From IMG/VR virus record IMGVR_UViG_3300048927_000758: a stretch of DNA of 20,000 nucleotides. The stretch is one strand, 5' to 3'. Each line of letters begins with the position of its first letter. Within the stretch, counting starts at the first letter, position 1. Both the position numbers and the translations under genes were made by a program. The DNA is from an uncultured virus (IMG/VR IMGVR_UViG_3300048927_000758) (lineage: Duplodnaviria > Heunggongvirae > Uroviricota > Caudoviricetes). Below are positions 16,280-20,000 of the stretch, in pieces. The notes under the pieces are model-generated. The model searched no databases, had not been told where the DNA came from, and saw nothing but the letters and a program-made list of their open reading frames with translations.

Positions 16280-16700
16280 AGCGCACATTCTGCGCAGAAT
16301 GCGGAAGTTTTCGGATCCTGATTTACACATTTTTGCGCAGTTCTCTCTGCTACTTTCCCCAGCATTGGCGCTGCTTCCTTTGAATTCTGCGTACTAAATT
16401 GCGCAGTGCATTTTTGCGCAGTTCTGCCGCTTTCCGGTTGGCTCGAAATTAGCAAACCAATCGTGATAAATCTATACATCTTGAGAATAGGAAAACTTAG
16501 GGAAAGTACGCAAAAACTCAACAAAACTTAATATACAAAAAAGCATTCCCAACTGGATGCGGGCTATTAATAGCCTGAGAAACCGGTATGTTTAACCGCG
16601 TTTTTCCCGTCCGTCCATTTCCGTCCATCCAAATTTTGGACGGACTTTGCGTACTTTTTTGCGTACTGTTTTTGCATACCTGCGTACCATTTTTCCGTGC
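16280..16700. repeat. Non-coding mosaic of short direct and inverted repeats
   Basis: About 10 copies of TGCG(C/T)A(G/C), a 17-bp direct repeat (16328, 16409), palindromes at 16286-16301 and 16562-16575, several 10-12 bp period pairs. Confidence 0.8.
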
Positions 16701-16833
16701 CAATCTGGCGCCATTTATTCTGCAAAACATAGTGGAAGATGTGGGGGTAACTGATAGGCCGCAATGGTGGCAAATGTTGGATAAAACCACCAGCAAACGG
16801 TGCCCGGTGGCTGATACTTTGCAGCGTGGATGT

Positions 16834-17163
16834 TTAGGCCAGATAAGCGAATACCAACAGGAGGATAAACAGGACAACAAACAGTGCCAGCGAGTTACCC
16901 AACCATCGCCGCCATCGCCACCCCGCCCCAGTTCCAATAAACGTAAATATCCCCATCACGATTGGTGGCAAAAAAAATAGAACTGAAACCATCGTGATCA
17001 ACTGAGGCGATCCGCAATGTTCCAAATCACGGCACCCTTTAACGAATAGTTTTAAGGGCTCCATTTTTAGGGATTTGAAAATTACATCACCAATAACGTG
17101 ATAAATAATCGTCACGCCGAAACCAATAACAATTGAAAGGAATACCGTAATTATGCGTTTCAT
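16834..17163 (-). CDS. Putative immunity protein, about 3 TM helices
   Basis: ATGA-coupled directly downstream of the Tae4-like effector; three hydrophobic segments, loop with CRDLEHC. Confidence 0.7.
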   Translation of the reverse strand: MKRIITVFLSIVIGFGVTIIYHVIGDVIFKSLKMEPLKLFVKGCRDLEHCGSPQLITMVSVLFFLPPIVMGIFTFIGTGAGWRWRRWLGNSLALFVVLFILLLVFAYLA

Positions 17164-17801
17164 AAAATATGCCAAAAAAGAATCTCTTTTGCTTTACTGA
17201 GATCGGAATAAGTGGGCACCAGCCCCCAAAAGTCTACGGACTCTTTACCCACTGTGAACCTCATGAAATTTGTTGCCGCACCTCTTAAGCCATTATTGGG
17301 GAACCGACTACCGTTCCATAAATCAATATGACCGCCGCTCACACTATCACCAGACTCCCCGTCCCGCGCCCAATAGCCGCCAAAGAAGATGATCCCCGTT
17401 CTGCCGCCCACCTTATCTCGCCAGCTTGCGCCGGTAACGTTCTCCGGCTTGGCCGGTAGCCCGGCAAAGGGTTTCAGCGCCAGCCAGCGCGCCATCTCAT
17501 CAGCGCGAGTGGCGGTGGCCTTACCGCCCAGCAGAATACGCCCAATGCTGCTTTTACCTGCCGCCGGCTTGATGACTTTCTGCGAAAAAGATTTCATTTC
17601 AATCCCTACCGCGTGAAGGGTGGCACTCAGACGGATCGCGCACTGGTTTGAATAGTCCGGATTATCATAGGGATTGCCCGTTACATAATTATCCCAAAGT
17701 TGCTCAAATCTAATCGGCGTAATTTGAACAATTTTCAGTGAGCCTGGTGTGTCATTTGTGGGTATCGTTTTGCGGCCTGCGCCGCGTATTGGCCTCGTCA
17801 T
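17160..17801 (-). CDS. T6SS peptidoglycan amidase effector, Tae4 family
   Basis: Cys/His dyad motifs 'NQCAIRLS' and 'GHIDLWNG', plus 'GRTGIIFF'; downstream of PAAR genes. Confidence 0.88.
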   Translation of the reverse strand: MTRPIRGAGRKTIPTNDTPGSLKIVQITPIRFEQLWDNYVTGNPYDNPDYSNQCAIRLSATLHAVGIEMKSFSQKVIKPAAGKSSIGRILLGGKATATRADEMARWLALKPFAGLPAKPENVTGASWRDKVGGRTGIIFFGGYWARDGESGDSVSGGHIDLWNGSRFPNNGLRGAATNFMRFTVGKESVDFWGLVPTYSDLSKAKEILFWHIL

Positions 17802-17803
17802 CC

Positions 17804-18358
17804 CTATCCCTTCCCTAAGGCATCGTCGCCCACATGAATATCGTATGAACCTAATCCATTGGTGGCAATGCGGGGTAACCGCCCATCCTCACCAATGGTG
17901 CCAGCAAAGTGGCGGCCATCGCGCGCCTCTATGTAATAAGGCAAACCCGCCAGCTCTCGAGCGTGGGTGGTTGGCTGAATGGTGATTTGCTCATCAAAGC
18001 TGCCAGACTCGCCAGCATAATTAATTTGGATCGGATACTTCGCATGACCCTGCGCAATTAAATCCGCCTGAGTGAGGGTATGAAACATCGCCGTTTTAGA
18101 ATTAATAAGTTTCGGGGGCGGGGTGCATTTACAAATACACAAATCACCGCTCAAACCTTCCGGCTTTCCTTCATAAGTAGAATTATGCCTCGGTGTAACA
18201 CACAATAAATAACCCGTTGTCCCACACGCAGGGCATGAAATTTTGTCGCCTTGTACAGCAATGGGTAAACCGTCGTAGCTTGTATTGATAGCACTACAAC
18301 CGATAATTGATCCGCCCGCTGTAGTTTTATCACCTAAGACCAATACATATCTGTTCAT
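17804..18358 (-). CDS. PAAR-domain protein with C-terminal extension
   Basis: 'LGDKTTAGG...IAVQGDKISCPACG...SGDLCICKC' PAAR repeats; C-terminal 'FDEQ...LAGLPYYI...GTIGEDGRLPRI' transthyretin-like extension. Confidence 0.88.
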   Translation of the reverse strand: MNRYVLVLGDKTTAGGSIIGCSAINTSYDGLPIAVQGDKISCPACGTTGYLLCVTPRHNSTYEGKPEGLSGDLCICKCTPPPKLINSKTAMFHTLTQADLIAQGHAKYPIQINYAGESGSFDEQITIQPTTHARELAGLPYYIEARDGRHFAGTIGEDGRLPRIATNGLGSYDIHVGDDALGKG

Positions 18359-18403
18359 CTAAATCCCTTAAATGAGCTGGCGCCCAGCGCCAGTGGCAAA
18401 CTG

Positions 18404-18790
18404 TTATTTCCATGGCGCTGAGTAACCACGAACCAAAAGCCCCTCAATCCCCTCCTCAGGTACGTGGATTTCTGCTGCAATGCCGGTATCTGGTGACCAC
18501 TCAATAACATCGCCGTTCTCAGCTTCACTACCAATGATCGCAGCAGGGAAACCCCGGTAAGCGAACCCATACCCGGCACCGGAGACAATGCAGGAAACCG
18601 ATCCATCCGGATATACAACTTCATCCCCTACGTGCGCCAGCCGGTGCCTCCCTTCACCAAAGTAAATATGGTCTTCACGCTCTTGTACACGCACCACGCC
18701 GCCGCGCTTTGTCCTTGAACCTTCTAAGGCCAATGGATGTACCGATTTAACTTTCTTTGCTTCTTCCATAGAACACATCCTGTGATTCAT
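18404..18790 (-). CDS. PAAR-like protein
   Basis: 'LALEGSRTKRGGVV...LAHVGDEVVYPDGS...PAAIIGSEAENGDVI' three-repeat PAAR-like pattern; start codon uncertain. Confidence 0.72.
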   Translation of the reverse strand: MNHRMCSMEEAKKVKSVHPLALEGSRTKRGGVVRVQEREDHIYFGEGRHRLAHVGDEVVYPDGSVSCIVSGAGYGFAYRGFPAAIIGSEAENGDVIEWSPDTGIAAEIHVPEEGIEGLLVRGYSAPWK

Positions 18791-19487
18791 TGAGCATGAG
18801 AAAAAATACTACGCCTTGTAAAAAACGTGCTTACTCTCAGCGATCAAAAACTGCTGATTTTCAGATGATTATTATTAACTTCAATACCTCGGCTAGCCCC
18901 ATCCGGGCAGGGTACGACCGTGCGTCGAAGTCATGTTAACGAATAGAAAATCAGACTTTCCAACAGCCTTTACAGATCGTTTTCCTTTAATCGATCGTTT
19001 TAAGTGATCAAATTCATCTCAATGATGAATTAGCCAATATTATTAAAAATGGGTATCGGATTGAGCTGCAGACCAGCGTGATGCGGTATTTCTGAAGAGG
19101 GGTGAAAACTTTTAATTTCGCGGGTGTAAAAATACGACGGAGCGGGCTGTCTGGAGGGCTGCGGACTGTAGCGATTTGATTCCCTCTCCCTTGCCGTTTT
19201 GTGCTGGTACTGCGGGGTTCATGTCTGGCATGAGGCTATCTCAACGCGGCGGCCGTGACCGCGTCCACCCGAAAGCAGGTGCCGCCATTCTCTCCCGCTG
19301 GCGCTTCTGCGCCGCCAGTGCCTCAGCAGCATCCGTTCGAAAGGTTAAGGCGGCTTGCTCATCCCTTGAGATGATGGCGCTGTATTTTTATGAGGTGAGT
19401 CCCCCTGCAAATCTTTTACGATTTGAGGGTCTACCTCCTCTAGCTTTTCGGGTGAGCCCTTACAGGACATGGCTTACAGCGGGGTAT

Positions 19488-20000
19488 TTTCTGACTAAAG
19501 ATCAGATTGGGCAATTACTTGAAAAATGCGGACGAAAAAATAATAACGACCTCATTAGTATCGTTAAATTATGCCTATCAACCGGTGTACGCTGGTCAGA
19601 GGCAGAAGAGCTGAATAAAAGCCAGGTCACTAAATATAAAGTCACTTATACCAAAACCAAAGGTCGAAAAAATAGAACTATCCCTATAAGTGAAGCTCTT
19701 CACGACTCGTTACCAGAAGTGAAAAAAGGCAGGTTATTTAAGAGTTGCTATGGTGCATTTCGTTCCGCTCTGGAACGCACTGATATTGAGTTACCCGCCG
19801 GTCAACTAACGCATGTACTGCGCCACACATTCGCATCTCATTTCATGATGAATGGAGGTAACATTCTAGTTCTCCAACGTGTGTTAGGTCACACAGATAT
19901 CAAAATGACTATGCGATATGCTCATTTTGCACCAGAACATCTTGAAGAAGCATTGAGGCTCAATCCTTTGACTAGCATCGAAAGTTACAATGTTCTGTAG
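19488..20000 (+). pseudogene. int: 5'-truncated P2/186-family integrase (catalytic half only)
   Basis: From 'FLTKDQI' onward aligns with the C-terminal half of the 13597 integrase (TGVRWSE, KTKGRKNR, HVLRHTFASH, LGH, MRY); no N-terminal domains or native start. Confidence 0.85.

Noticed and set aside
16280..16700. CRISPR array
   Set aside because: Repeats are short, heterogeneous and irregularly spaced; no constant repeat-spacer period and no cas genes.
16246..16980. ORFs 16246..16524, 16518..16937, 16567..16773 and 16588..16980
   Set aside because: Mutually overlapping, no clear RBS; their repeated peptides (TAQKC, YAKKYAK, STQKSTQ) are explained by the DNA repeats.
19240..19380. Minus-strand peptide AIISRDEQAALTFRTDAAEALAAQKRQRER... 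as a gene remnant
   Set aside because: Short, preceded by an in-frame stop with no start; cannot be assigned without a search.
19176..19487. N-terminal ~104 aa of the 274-aa ORF 19176..20000
   Set aside because: TTG start, no integrase similarity before FLTKDQI; appears to be a chance open frame joined to the integrase fragment.

Overview
Enterobacterial chromosome window with two parts. Positions 1-15487 are the right-hand part of a P2/186/HP1-like (Peduoviridae) prophage: tail/head completion genes, terminase, capsid, scaffold, portal, Ogr-like activator, a LexA-controlled Tum-like antirepressor, rolling-circle replication protein A with its internal ori, a phage C5-methyltransferase-like gene, the 186-type early operon (fil, cII, apl), cI, integrase and an integrase-coupled Abi-like membrane cargo gene. 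It ends in a duplicated 3' half of tRNA-Ile(CAU), the att core. Positions 15488-20000 are a second, apparently older accessory segment at the same tRNA locus: a second pair of arm-like repeats, two small ORFs, a ~450 bp non-coding mosaic of helically phased repeats, an orphan type VI secretion cassette (PAAR-like, PAAR-CT, Tae4-type amidase, atypical membrane immunity candidate) and a 5'-truncated second 186-like integrase. Family assignments are from motif recognition only; no database searches were run.
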